DNA of 58,689 bases from Cyanophora paradoxa CCMP329 (lineage: Eukaryota > Plantae > Glaucophyta). How positions within the stretch are numbered: position 1 is the stretch's first letter; every line of letters starts with the position of its first letter. The notes under the pieces are model-generated. The model was not told where the DNA came from. It did not search any database and saw only the letters and a program-made list of their open reading frames with translations. The DNA lies in NCBI GenBank assembly GCA_004431415.1, contig QPMI01000540.1, positions 1-58,689 of the forward strand, read 5' to 3'. Below, piece by piece: positions 22,676-33,300 of the stretch. The position numbers and the translations under genes were made by a program.

Positions 22676-25600
22676 ATGGCGAGCGCCGAGACTGCGATCA
22701 ACTTCTGGGGCATCAGTCTCGGCAGCCCAGAGGCCGTGCTGGGCATCGCCGCCACGCCGGCCGATCGTTCGGGCCGCGAGGTCGAGGCGGCGTACCGGCA
22801 GACGCTGCAGCGCTTGGAAGCTTGCGCAGAGGCCCTCCGGGTGCGCGGCTCCGCTCGCCGGGGCGCCGATTGAGCCCGCCGAGATTTGAACGGGCGCCCG
22901 CGCCGGCGCGCGCAGGACGGCGGCGAGCGGCTCGGCTCGCCGAGGCAGCACCAAGAGTGGTTCACAACGCTGAGGCACGTCGTCGCGCTCGGTGCGTCCC
23001 TCCCGCCGCGCCGGTGCTCGGGGCTCCCACGCGCGCCGCCGACGGTCTCGGCGCCCCCGCAGCGTACCGCGCGCTCCTCACGCCCGCCGTCGTCAAGGAG
23101 CTGGAGCAGCCGCTCGCTCCTCCGGAGGCGCGCCTCGTCGCCCTCATCGGCGGGATGGGCGTCGAGATCCGCGGGGCGGTGTGCGACAGCTGCCTCGCCG
23201 AGCCGCACGCGGAGCGGCCCCGGCGCGCCTTTCCCGAGGCCGCGTACGCCCAGTGGTGCGAGGCGCACAAGCTGGCGTTTGCGACCATCAAGGAGCTCGA
23301 TCCCAAGGCGATCCGCCACCTCTGCGTCCCGCCCACGCCGGGGGGCCGCCTCCGAACCGCCAGGGTCCCGCCGCCGGCCCAGGACCCGCCCCCGGGGGCC
23401 GCGCCCGCCGCTTCCGACCCCGGCCCCTCGCCGACCCCCGTCGACGCAGCCGCCCTTCTCGTTTCCCTCGCCGCCCCGGCCCCTCCCGCCCCCGAACACC
23501 CCTCTCCCGCATCCTCCCGCTCGGACTCGCCGCCGGTGGCGCCCCCGCGCTCCCCTGCGTCGCGGTGCGCGCCTCTGCGCCTCGTCCGTAAGACGCCGGG
23601 AGGCTCTGCCGGCGCTCACGCCCCGCTCGCGTCGCCCCGCAGAAGGGGGACCGCCCCGCAGCCCTCTGCCGAAGGGGCCCCCGCGCCGCCGCCGCCGCCG
23701 CCGCCCGAGGGGAGCCCCGCAAGCGCACCGCCGCGCGCGCAGCTTCAGCGGCCGCCGGGGCCGGCAGCAAGCGCCCGAGGTGCGCGCCGCTCGACCACGC
23801 GCCCGCTCGGCCCCCGCCCCCGCCGAGCCCCCCCGGCGCAGGGCCGAAGGCGACGGGCCCGAGCTCGCGGCGCCCTCCAAACCATCTCCGAGGCGCCTCT
23901 GCGGGCGGTGCGCCGCCGCCGGCCCGCCCGCCGCAGGGATGCGCGCGTGACGCGGGCCCCCTCTCGTGCGGGGGGTACAGCGGGGCACAGGACGCGGGCG
24001 CGCTGGGGCCGGCCGATCTCGACGCGTTCTGGACCTCCATCTCCGAACACGACGTCATCGACCTCCCGGTCGCGTGCGGGACCCCCCCCGCGCGCCGTAC
24101 CCCCCCCGCGCCGCTCGCGCTCATGTACCCCCCCTCCTCCTCCTCGAATGCAGGGCGGCGGCGTGGTCCGCCCCCGACTTTTTCATGGGCGGCGCGACGC
24201 AGCAGCGCGAGTTTCTCCGGCGGCACCTGCCCCGGGCGAACGAGCTCGCGGACCTGGCGCTCATGGGCTTCCAGGGGCTCACCGCCATCATCGTCCTTGC
24301 GGCCCGCAGGCTCGGTTTCCCCGCCATCGACGCGTGCGCCCCTCGCGCCCCGCGCCGCACCCGCCGCGCCGGCCGCGCCGCTCGCCAACGCCCCCACGCC
24401 GATCCCCCGCAGCGCCAAGCAACGTCGGGGCTCCAACTGGCTCGAGACGGCGCGGTCCAACAAGGACCTTCTGCAAATCCTGTACGCACCTCCCCCGGGG
24501 TCGCTGTTGCAGCCCTCGGCCGGCTGATCGCGCGCCCGACGCCGCCTCAGGGAAAAGGCCATCGCGTCCATCAACCAGGAGGTTCCCCAAGGCGCGCCGC
24601 CCCCGGCGGCCCTGCCCTGGTGACGGCGGCCACAGTACGGCGCGGCCGCTCCGAGAACGACGGCCCGCCCGTTCGAGCTAGCCATAGATGCGTGTCAATT
24701 AATCTTACGCGGCTCGTCCCGAGAGAAGCTTTTGCAGCGGGGGTGAGGGGCGGGCGAGGAGGCGCGTGCGGGGCGCGGGCTAGCGCTGACCTTGCGCAGG
24801 GTTCTGGCGCGTGCCGGCGGCGCTCCTGGGCCTGGCGGAGAGGTCGTTTGCAGGTTCGAATCCGACCCGACGCGCCGTCGATCACGTCGACGCTTCTACC
24901 CTCGCCCGCCCCCGACGCGTGTCGCGCAGAACGGAGGGCCAACGCGGAGCTCCGGGCCCGCTGGTGCTACGGGTTCGAATCCTTTGGCCCCGTCCGCTGG
25001 CGGGGCGAGACGATCTTTGTGCGCCCGCCCCCGCCCCCGCCTCCGGCCCCGGCCCCGGCCCCGGCCCCGGCCCCCCGCGGCGGACCTCGCGCCGCCGACG
25101 CCGGCCGCAGCTCCCGCGCGGACTCGTGCCCGAGGGCATGAGCGGCCCCCCGGAGCGCATGGCCGAGCTCCTCGGCGCCAAGCTGGGGCTCGAGCCGCGG
25201 CCCGTCGACCTGCTCGCGCTGCGCGCCATCGAGGCGGCATTTTTCGAGCGGCGGCACGGGCCGCCTCGCGTCGCCGAGGTGGCCTCCTGGGCGATGGTGC
25301 CGGAGCGGCGGGTCACCCTCAACTGCCACGCGCCGGGCGGCGGCGAGGTCGACGAGCGTTTCATCCGCGAGCACAAGCGCGCCAAGGCGCGCTCTCCCTG
25401 CCCCTCCCCCCACACGGACGCAATCCAATGTACCCCCCGCGCAGGGCAAGCTGGGCCCGTTTGTCAAGCCCCTCCCGCCGGGCTGCTCGGCGGCGGACGA
25501 GGCGCTGCACGACTACGTCCTGGACCGCGCCTCGCAGGCCTGCGTCTCCCTCTGCGGCGAGGTCGTCGCCGTCCACATGCCGGGCCTCTTCCAGCAGGGC

Positions 25601-26948
25601 CAAGGAATCGAGCGCGTCGCCGCCGCCGTCGCGTGCGGCTCGGTCGCGCTCCCCTTTGCCGAGCGTGCGAGCATCCGAAATAACAAGGCCATGGTCCGGC
25701 CCCCTCCCCGCCCCTTGCCCCGCCCGGACCGGGGCCCGACGGCCGCCGACGGATGAGTCCGGGCGCGCAGGACCAGCTCCTGCTGGAGGCGGCGCGCGAG
25801 GCCGCCGACGCGGCCCTGCGGACGGGCAGGCTCGACGTCATGCAGGCCAAGCTGGAGTCGCTCGAGGGGTACCTGCACGCGCGCTCCGGCTCCGGCCCGC
25901 AGGCGGCGGCCGAGCCGGGTGGGAAGAAAAAGGTGCGGTCCCGGCGGATCGCGACCGGCTTCCAGCGCTCGCAGGGCGCGACCATCCCGAAGCCGGTGCG
26001 CGCGCGCTCCCTCTGGATCTCGATCCGCCGGCCCCGCCGTGCCCCCCGCCCACCGACTCGGCTCTTCCTCGGCGCGCGGGGGCCCGGGGGATCAGGTTCG
26101 CCTGAACCTGCAGTTGGGCGCCGACCCGCACGAGAACCGCCGGCTGCACCTCTTTAACCACTACCTGTCGGGCGTGCTCGAGTACCTCTTCTCGGCGCTC
26201 TGCGTCGTGAACCTGGGGGCCGCCTGCAGCATGGCAGAGGTCGCGTTGAACCTCTTCGAGAGGCAGCCCTACAGTTACGGTCCGCTTTGCCCCCTCCTTT
26301 TCCGTCGCGCGTGCGCCCGATGTCGACGTCGCGCCCTCTCTTTGACCCCCGGCGGGTATAGGCTTCTGGACGCTTCATTGGATGAACGGCCCGGACAGGT
26401 GCTCCGACGCTCCTCTCCCGCCGCCGCCGGTACCCCCTTGCCGCGCACCGGTCGCTGAACTCGAGATCTCGGCGCAGGATTACGCCGGCGCACCGCGACT
26501 GCAACGACGCGCGCGAGTCCTACGCCGCCCTCGTCTACTTTCACCGCGACGGCGATCGCAACGGAAGGCTGCACCGCCTCCGGTTCCCCACGCTCGGCAT
26601 CGCCCTCGACCTCCGCCACGGTGACGTCGTCTTCATCAGGGTCCGTGCCCTCGCGGCGCCAGCGGGCCGTGCGCGGCCGTGTCCATTTCGCTTGCTTTGA
26701 AAGGGGGGCGATGGTGCGGGCGCAGGGAAACATCCTCGAGCACGAGGTGTTAGAGGACGACGACACGGACGGAAGGCGAGTAGGCGTTTTAATTTTGAAA
26801 ATCAAAATCAGCCTCGAGCTCCGAGGCTCCGCGGCTCGTCTATGGTTACAAAATCGATTCACGTGCACGTGCATCCGCATGCAGATACTGCATGGTCTTC
26901 ACCCTTGGGAACAATCTCAAGGTGGACGCAAAACCCAAGGCTTCATGA
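22676..26948 (+). CDS. Large multi-exon gene ending in a TET/JBP-like 2OG-Fe(II) dioxygenase domain (5' part could be a separate gene)
   Basis: Spliced C-terminus YSY|GFWTLHWMNGPDR|ITPAHRDCNDARESYAALVYF..LRFPTLGIALDLRHGDVVFIR|GNILEHEV..DGR|YCMVFTL..*. HxD at 26491-26499, distal H at 26741, 2OG-binding R across GC-AG intron 26776-26884, stop 26946-26948. N-terminus weakly J-domain-like without HPD. Confidence 0.75.
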
Positions 26949-27297
26949 TCATGAACCGCCCCGTGTACGTAGTTCTTATTTACAGAAATCGCCAAGCCGT
27001 TTATGTATAGATGCAAATGTACATGTACAGCCCTATGCGCGGCGAATGCTATTATTACAATTGGAATTGGAATACATAGCTGGAACCAGCTGCAGGCGCG
27101 AGCATGCGCACGCACACTCTGAGCACAAGAATTACATATACTGCAGGCACAATGAAATTTAAATACGAAATATATACAACTGAGCACGCAGCAGCATCAA
27201 CATGTACATGCAACAGATCGATGTCTGGCGATCGAGACACGTGAACACAACACTGTATAAGTTCATCATGGAATGTACATTTAGCAACGATAGCAAT

Positions 27298-27668
27298 TGT
27301 GCCGCCCACTTTCCGACTCCCAGCTAGCCCTGGTCGTCGGCTCTAAGCCGGCAGCTTGCCTTGCCTTGTACCCTTTGTAGCCTGCTATTCCTGGTGCCAC
27401 GTTGTTGCCAACTGGCCCGCTTATTTTAGCTCTGGGCCCTCGCTTGCCCTGCGCGGCGCTCGCTTGCTGGCTGTCGTTCTTGTCCCTGTTCTCTGTACTT
27501 ACTGTCTTACGCTGTACCTGTTACTTGCTGTCTTACGCCGGCTCTGCGCCTGCTGTGTACGTAATGGCACCCGCTTGCCGTCGCCCTACGGTGCTGTACG
27601 GGCCTGTCCCTCTCTGCTTGGGGCGCCTCTGGGCCTAGCCAACTGCTTAGCGCATCCCGCCCAGCGCA
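27298..27668 (+). repeat. 5' LTR
   Basis: TGTGCCGCCC...CCCAGCGCA; apparently identical to 29876-30246 (overlapping ORF translations match). Confidence 0.92.
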
Positions 27669-29875
27669 TGGGGGCTGCTGCGTTGGGCTTCGACTTTTTA
27701 GCTCGTATGCCTGGGGACGAACGCTGCGCTCTTGCCCGAACCCCTGGACAAGCACGCCATCGTTTGCCTCGGCTTGCGCGTACGGCCTCCACTCTCTTGT
27801 AGTGGGAAGCGCCTATGCGGCAGAGCTTAGCAATACGAACCGCATGGTTCATGCCTTTCTACCCGCCACTGCGCGCGCCTTTTCTTGCTTACGGCCCCGG
27901 CGCACCACTCTTTCGGTAGTGGGAAGCGTCCGCCAACCCGTCTATTGAGCCGCATGCGCTCACAGTCATCTAAACGTGCCGTGGCTGCGCTCAAGAACAG
28001 ATGCTGATGCAGCCCGCGCGCATGTCGAATGAAACTGTATTGTATTGTATCGAGAGACGACACCACAGCGTACTACTAAATGTATTGCAATGGTGGCGAG
28101 TGTATCTGAAGAACGCATGGAGTCAAACCGCTGCGACGTGAAAGCCCCTGGGATAACATGGCCCCAGTACGCGCCCGAGGTCTCACCTACGACGGCTGCG
28201 GTGGCGCCTGCGGACCGTCCGAGGCACGCTCAGCGGCGGCGAGTGGCATCCCTCGTGAGGATCACTCCACTTGACTCCACCCTGCATCCAGAGGACGTGC
28301 GGCTCCGCGTCTCTCTCGGCTCTGCGGGTTGCGTACGCGTCAGTGGAAGCCGGCGCAGCTCCACTTGACAGCGATCTCTATGCGAGGAAGCGCATCTATC
28401 TGTTGTCAATTCTACCGTGCGCGCTGTCGCACCGAGAAGGTAGACAAGATGCCAAGACCTTGCCCTGGCTCCGACGACGTAGCTGCCCTTCTCCGGGACG
28501 TCCAGCTCGTCAAGCCAGATGTCAGTCGCTTCACGCACATCTCAAGCGTGTGCGGACTGTCGTTTTCTACCTGTCGTGGGCGTTTGATCAGCGACCGAGG
28601 CCTGTTCAGCGGGCGGAGGTCTGACCGAGGCCTGTCCAGCGGGCGAAGGTCAACAGAAGCGTAAAGAATGCGCTCTGGAACGTCCTACGACGACATGAGC
28701 AGCCATAGCTAAAGTTGGACGGCGGACAGCGGACCTGTCTGTTGAGGAGCGTCAGCAAGCAGCACTGGGTGATGCCCCGCGACCAGTCTTCACGTTCGCG
28801 CGTCGACTGCGTCGGCCCGTCGGGTGATTCCCGTGCATCGGTTGAACCTGGCAGCTGGGTGATTCCAGCTGGACGCCAGCGCTGTTTCGGTCTGCTTAGC
28901 TGTGGGTGATTCCACGCTGACCAAGCCAACACGCACCGGCGCTCTAGTCCGGGTGCTTCCGACCAAGCCTCCGCTTGCGACTCTCCGCTGCTGAGAGGTC
29001 CATACGTCTTGCCTACGACTATCACGCGAGCACCGATGATCATTCCGGGCCGCGCTGATGCTGTCTCCTGTCCCGCGATGGTGGCCTGCCTAAGCCCCGG
29101 CTACGCACTGCATCTGCGTACACCGGCGGACTCGATGGCTGTATCCGTGGTTTGCCATCCCGTCCGATCGTGGAGGATCCTTGGCGATGGGTCTGTATGA
29201 TGCAACCAGTGGCCTGCCGCTGCTGTGGAGCCTGACCCCGTGCGACTGGCCCGCCGCCTCTACTCTTCATGGCTTGCCTGCTCTACGCTTACGCGGCTGC
29301 ACACGCTACTGTGCTGTCCGATCGCCCCGCCTTGTGACTCCGCCGGCCGAGTCACTTGGCAACGCAATGCGGCAAGCTGCGCCGAGCTTGGCCCGCAACG
29401 CGTACTCTGCCGCTGCGGCTCTGCTGATCGAGCCTGCGGTCCTACACTCCTACATTCTACGTCAAGTACCTTCTACACTGTGGAACTTTCGACCCGGCGC
29501 CGCCGCAGCCCGGCGGCTTGCGGCGCGGCGCCGGTTTCGAATTCGAGCTTAGTGCTAGCGCTAGCACTCGTTTTCCCCTCCGGCGGGATTTAGAGGGTTT
29601 GCCCCCGGTTGGCTGGCGGCGCTCCGCGCGCTCTGGCGTCAGGTCGTGGGTCCCTCACCCAACTTTCCTTGTTGGGCCCAGTTCCTCATACTGGTGCCGA
29701 CGGCCTGATGGATTTTAATTTGCCCCTCTGGCCCGCCCGCTGTGGCGCCGAGGACGGCTTTCTGTGCAGGGACGGTAGCCGGCTTTTGGCTCGTAGTCCG
29801 TTCAGCCTCGCCTACGCAGCTTTAGTTCAGCCTTTAGCTCGTAGCGCCGAGGACGGCTTTTTGTAGCGGGAAGCG

Positions 29876-30246
29876 TGTGCCGCCCACTTTCCGACTCCCA
29901 GCTAGCCCTGGTCGTCGGCTCTAAGCCGGCAGCTTGCCTTGCCTTGTACCCTTTGTAGCCTGCTATTCCTGGTGCCACGTTGTTGCCAACTGGCCCGCTT
30001 ATTTTAGCTCTGGGCCCTCGCTTGCCCTGCGCGGCGCTCGCTTGCTGGCTGTCGTTCTTGTCCCTGTTCTCTGTACTTACTGTCTTACGCTGTACCTGTT
30101 ACTTGCTGTCTTACGCCGGCTCTGCGCCTGCTGTGTACGTAATGGCACCCGCTTGCCGTCGCCCTACGGTGCTGTACGGGCCTGTCCCTCTCTGCTTGGG
30201 GCGCCTCTGGGCCTAGCCAACTGCTTAGCGCATCCCGCCCAGCGCA
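29876..30246 (+). repeat. 3' LTR
   Basis: Direct repeat of 27298-27668. Confidence 0.92.
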
Positions 30247-30362
30247 CAATGTTAGCTATTGGCTAGAAATAAATTAGATCTCCGATCCGAAAGCTCGACA
30301 TGCATACGCATGGCTATATAGCACATGTACATTTAGCTACAGAAGTACGGTAGCAATAATAT

Positions 30363-33300
30363 CTATAGGCGAGACATTAAAATCCGAGAACTCGAAAGAA
30401 AGCTGCCACTCTGATCAAGCTCGTTGGGATCAAAGAGCTTGCCCTCGGGGGGCGGAGGCGCAGACGTTGGAGCTTTGGCGGGAGCCGCGGGCGACGGACC
30501 CGCCGCGGCCGGCCGCGGGAAAAGCCTGCGCGGCAAACAGCGGCACGTGAGAAGGGGGAGCCCGCGCGCGCAGGCGAGCGCACGGCGCCGCGTACCCCAC
30601 CGCCCCGTGCCAGGCCGCCGCATTTGCGACCCCAGGGGGCGCCTGCCCGTTTCCGGGACGCTGCTCGCCGTGCAGGCCGCTTCCGGGCGAGTCAAAACGT
30701 AGACTCGGGCTCGGGCAGGAACAATTTTCGTACCCGTTTTGCGAAGAAGCGCCCCCTGCCGCGCGCTGCGGGCCAGGAGCCGTCCGCGGGGTGGCCACCT
30801 CGCCCCACGAGGAGGCCGTTGGCTCGGCGGGCGCCGCCGGGGCGGCCTCGGGCGCCTCCCTGAACGGAGCGCGCGCTCAGCGGGCTCGCGCGACAGATCG
30901 CGCGCCCGGGGAGAGCGTCGAGGCCTACCCCTCACAGACTCACCCCTGCATCTCGGCCCCGTCCTCGCCGCCAATCGCGGCGCCCGGCCGAGGGATCGGT
31001 GTCGGGCGCAGGCGGGGCGGCGCCTGCAGGCACGCCGCGGCGCCCTCCGACGGCCGCTTCGCCTGCTCCGCCGGGAGCCTCCCGCTCGGCGCCCTGCGTC
31101 GCGTGCCTCGGGCTTGGAACGAGGCGCGCTGGCGGCGTGGGGGGGCCGTGGGGCGGAGCGCACGTCGCCGACGACGTCGAGGGTGCCGCTGGCGGGGCCG
31201 AGGTTGCGCTGGGGTCGGTCGGCTCGGTTCGCGGCCGCTTGCCGCCTGGATCCTTTGCGCCGGGCGCCGGCTCGCCCGGGCGCTTCGTGCCCGCGCCCTG
31301 CAACTGATCACCGCTCCCCGAGGCCTGAGCTGGCTTGGCAGGCGCCTGTGGCGGGAGAATGCCGGCCCTGCGGCGCCGAGATCAGAACCCGATCGACGCA
31401 GACGCGAGTACGTCGCGACGACGTACTTGTCCAAGGGACACTCGACGGGGAGGGGCGGAGGATTCGGGGGGGGGTACATCTTGGACCTGCCGCGACGGAG
31501 CGCTGCACCGCGCGTCAGGGGTACGGCGCCGGGCGCGGGGGAGCAGCGCACGGGGCGACGCACCCGGCGGATGGGGTCGGCAGCGGAGAGCGGCGCGACG
31601 GCGAGGCGGGAAGCGGGCCCGCAGGGGTGCGCGCGGGGGCCGGCGCGGCCGGCGCCGACGGCGTGCCTGGAGGCTGCGAATTCGCCCGCGTCGACTTCTT
31701 GCGGGTATCCGGCTCGCTGCGCGGCTCAAGGTCGGAAGGCGCCGCGCCCCGGTCGAGGCACTCTGCGGGACGTACCCGACGGGGCGGGCGCGCTTCGCCT
31801 TCTTGGGGGCGGCGGCCTTCTCCAGCGACTCCTGGAACGCCAGGCACTGGGCGAGCGAGTCTCCCTTGGGGTCCGTGGGAGGCTGCCGAAGGACGGCCTC
31901 TGTGACGTGCGCCCTGCCGGCGGTGTACAGGTTCTCTTCTTGCCTGCCATGGGGGTGGGCCACGAGGCACACGGAGGCACGGCGCGCGCTTGGGTTTGCA
32001 AAATGACGCACATCTTCTCCCGAAGATCGTCCATGATGGCCTTCTGGATGCTCTCGTAGCCGAGCCCCCGGTCCACCGCCTGCTTGGCGAGCTCCTCGAG
32101 GTACTTGCTGCGGTCACGATGGTCCGCATCGTCGGGTCCAAGTTCGATCAGCGGTGCCGGCCTCCGATCGGCCATCTGCCAGTTGGGGTCCTCCCCCTGC
32201 ATCCGTTTATTGTAGGTGCAAAGGGCATCCTGCTCGGCTGCCGTGATGAAGTGCTCGATGAACGCGGTCACGTCTGCCGGGGATGGTGGCCGCATGTAGT
32301 GCCTGCGAGAGCACGGGGTTTTCAGGCGAGCCGCGCGGGGTAAGAAGTGGGGCCGGGGAAGCACACTTCAGTTCCATGCGGCGGAAGAGCTTTCCCTGGA
32401 GCTCCTTTGGGAAGTTGGTGGCGAAGATGAAGATGGGGCCGACCGGAGCATCACGGCCGTCCTTCTCCCGTTCCTGCGCGATCTTCTCCGCTTCATTCTT
32501 GATCTCCTGAATCCGTGTTGCAAACTGATACGCCGCCGTGCCCGTCGGTCAGAAGGAAAAGGAAGAGAAGGAAAAAAAGGAAGGTTTTCGCCACGGCGCA
32601 CGATGGTCACGGCCTGATCCATGGACGAGTTCGGCCGGTTGGTGCTGCAGAAAATTGTATCTGCTTCGCTGCACCCCCAGGGCCTTCAGCATCCCGGCAA
32701 AATATAGAGGATCCAAGGGGCCAGTTCTTCACTGGCACGCACTCGACAAAGAACACGATCTCCCGAGCGAGCCTGACGAACTCCATGGCCGTCTTGACAG
32801 TCGCCTCCGAGTTTCCTTGCTAGCACGCGCGCACCCAGAGAGGACGATCGGTTGCGTGTGTGAGGGCGCGGCGGTTGCGCACGCGCGAGGGCGGGTCGAA
32901 AGCCTGCGCACCCACATGCTCTGAAACGTCGAGTCGAATTCGAGGAGGGAAAATCCCAGCTTCTTCGCGATCGTTTTCGCCAGCAGCGACTTCCCCGTCC
33001 CCTGGGAAATCGCGATCGCAATCGAGCGTCAGGGTACGCACACGTGTCCCGGGGGGCTGTGCACGTCGAATAACGGCGAAATATACATATATACGCATTG
33101 AAAGCGACGCACCGGAGATCCGTAGAGCAAGCACGCGTACCTTGGTTTGCCGCTCGGAAGGTCGAGGTGCTCGTGCTTCTTATCGCGCGACGGGTCGAAC
33201 TTGAGCAGTAGATTGTCCACTATATCATCGTACCCAACTGTTCGAAAACGGCGGGTCAGTGTGAGAAGAAGCGGCGCTCGCAGGAATAGGGTGTGCGCAT

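Larger units (their letters stand above)
27298..30246 (+). mobile_element. Non-autonomous LTR retroelement, 2949 bp, 4-bp TSD CAAT
   Basis: Two 371-bp direct repeats with TG...CA ends; CAAT at 27294-27297 and 30247-30250; PBS-like TGGGGGCT directly after the 5' LTR; short purine tract AGCGGGAAG before the 3' LTR; no gag/pol motif recognised inside. Confidence 0.9.

Noticed and set aside
22676-22845. DnaJ co-chaperone
   Set aside because: PEAVLGI..EVEAAYRQ resembles J-domain helices I-II, but the HPD motif is absent.
27356-27802. Hydrophobic membrane-protein-like ORF, duplicated at 29934
   Set aside because: Lies in the LTRs; a by-product of CT-rich LTR sequence.
32686-33134. Frameshifted or degenerate Walker A
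   Set aside because: Better explained by GT-AG intron 33002-33112, which restores GSPGTGKS with no indel.
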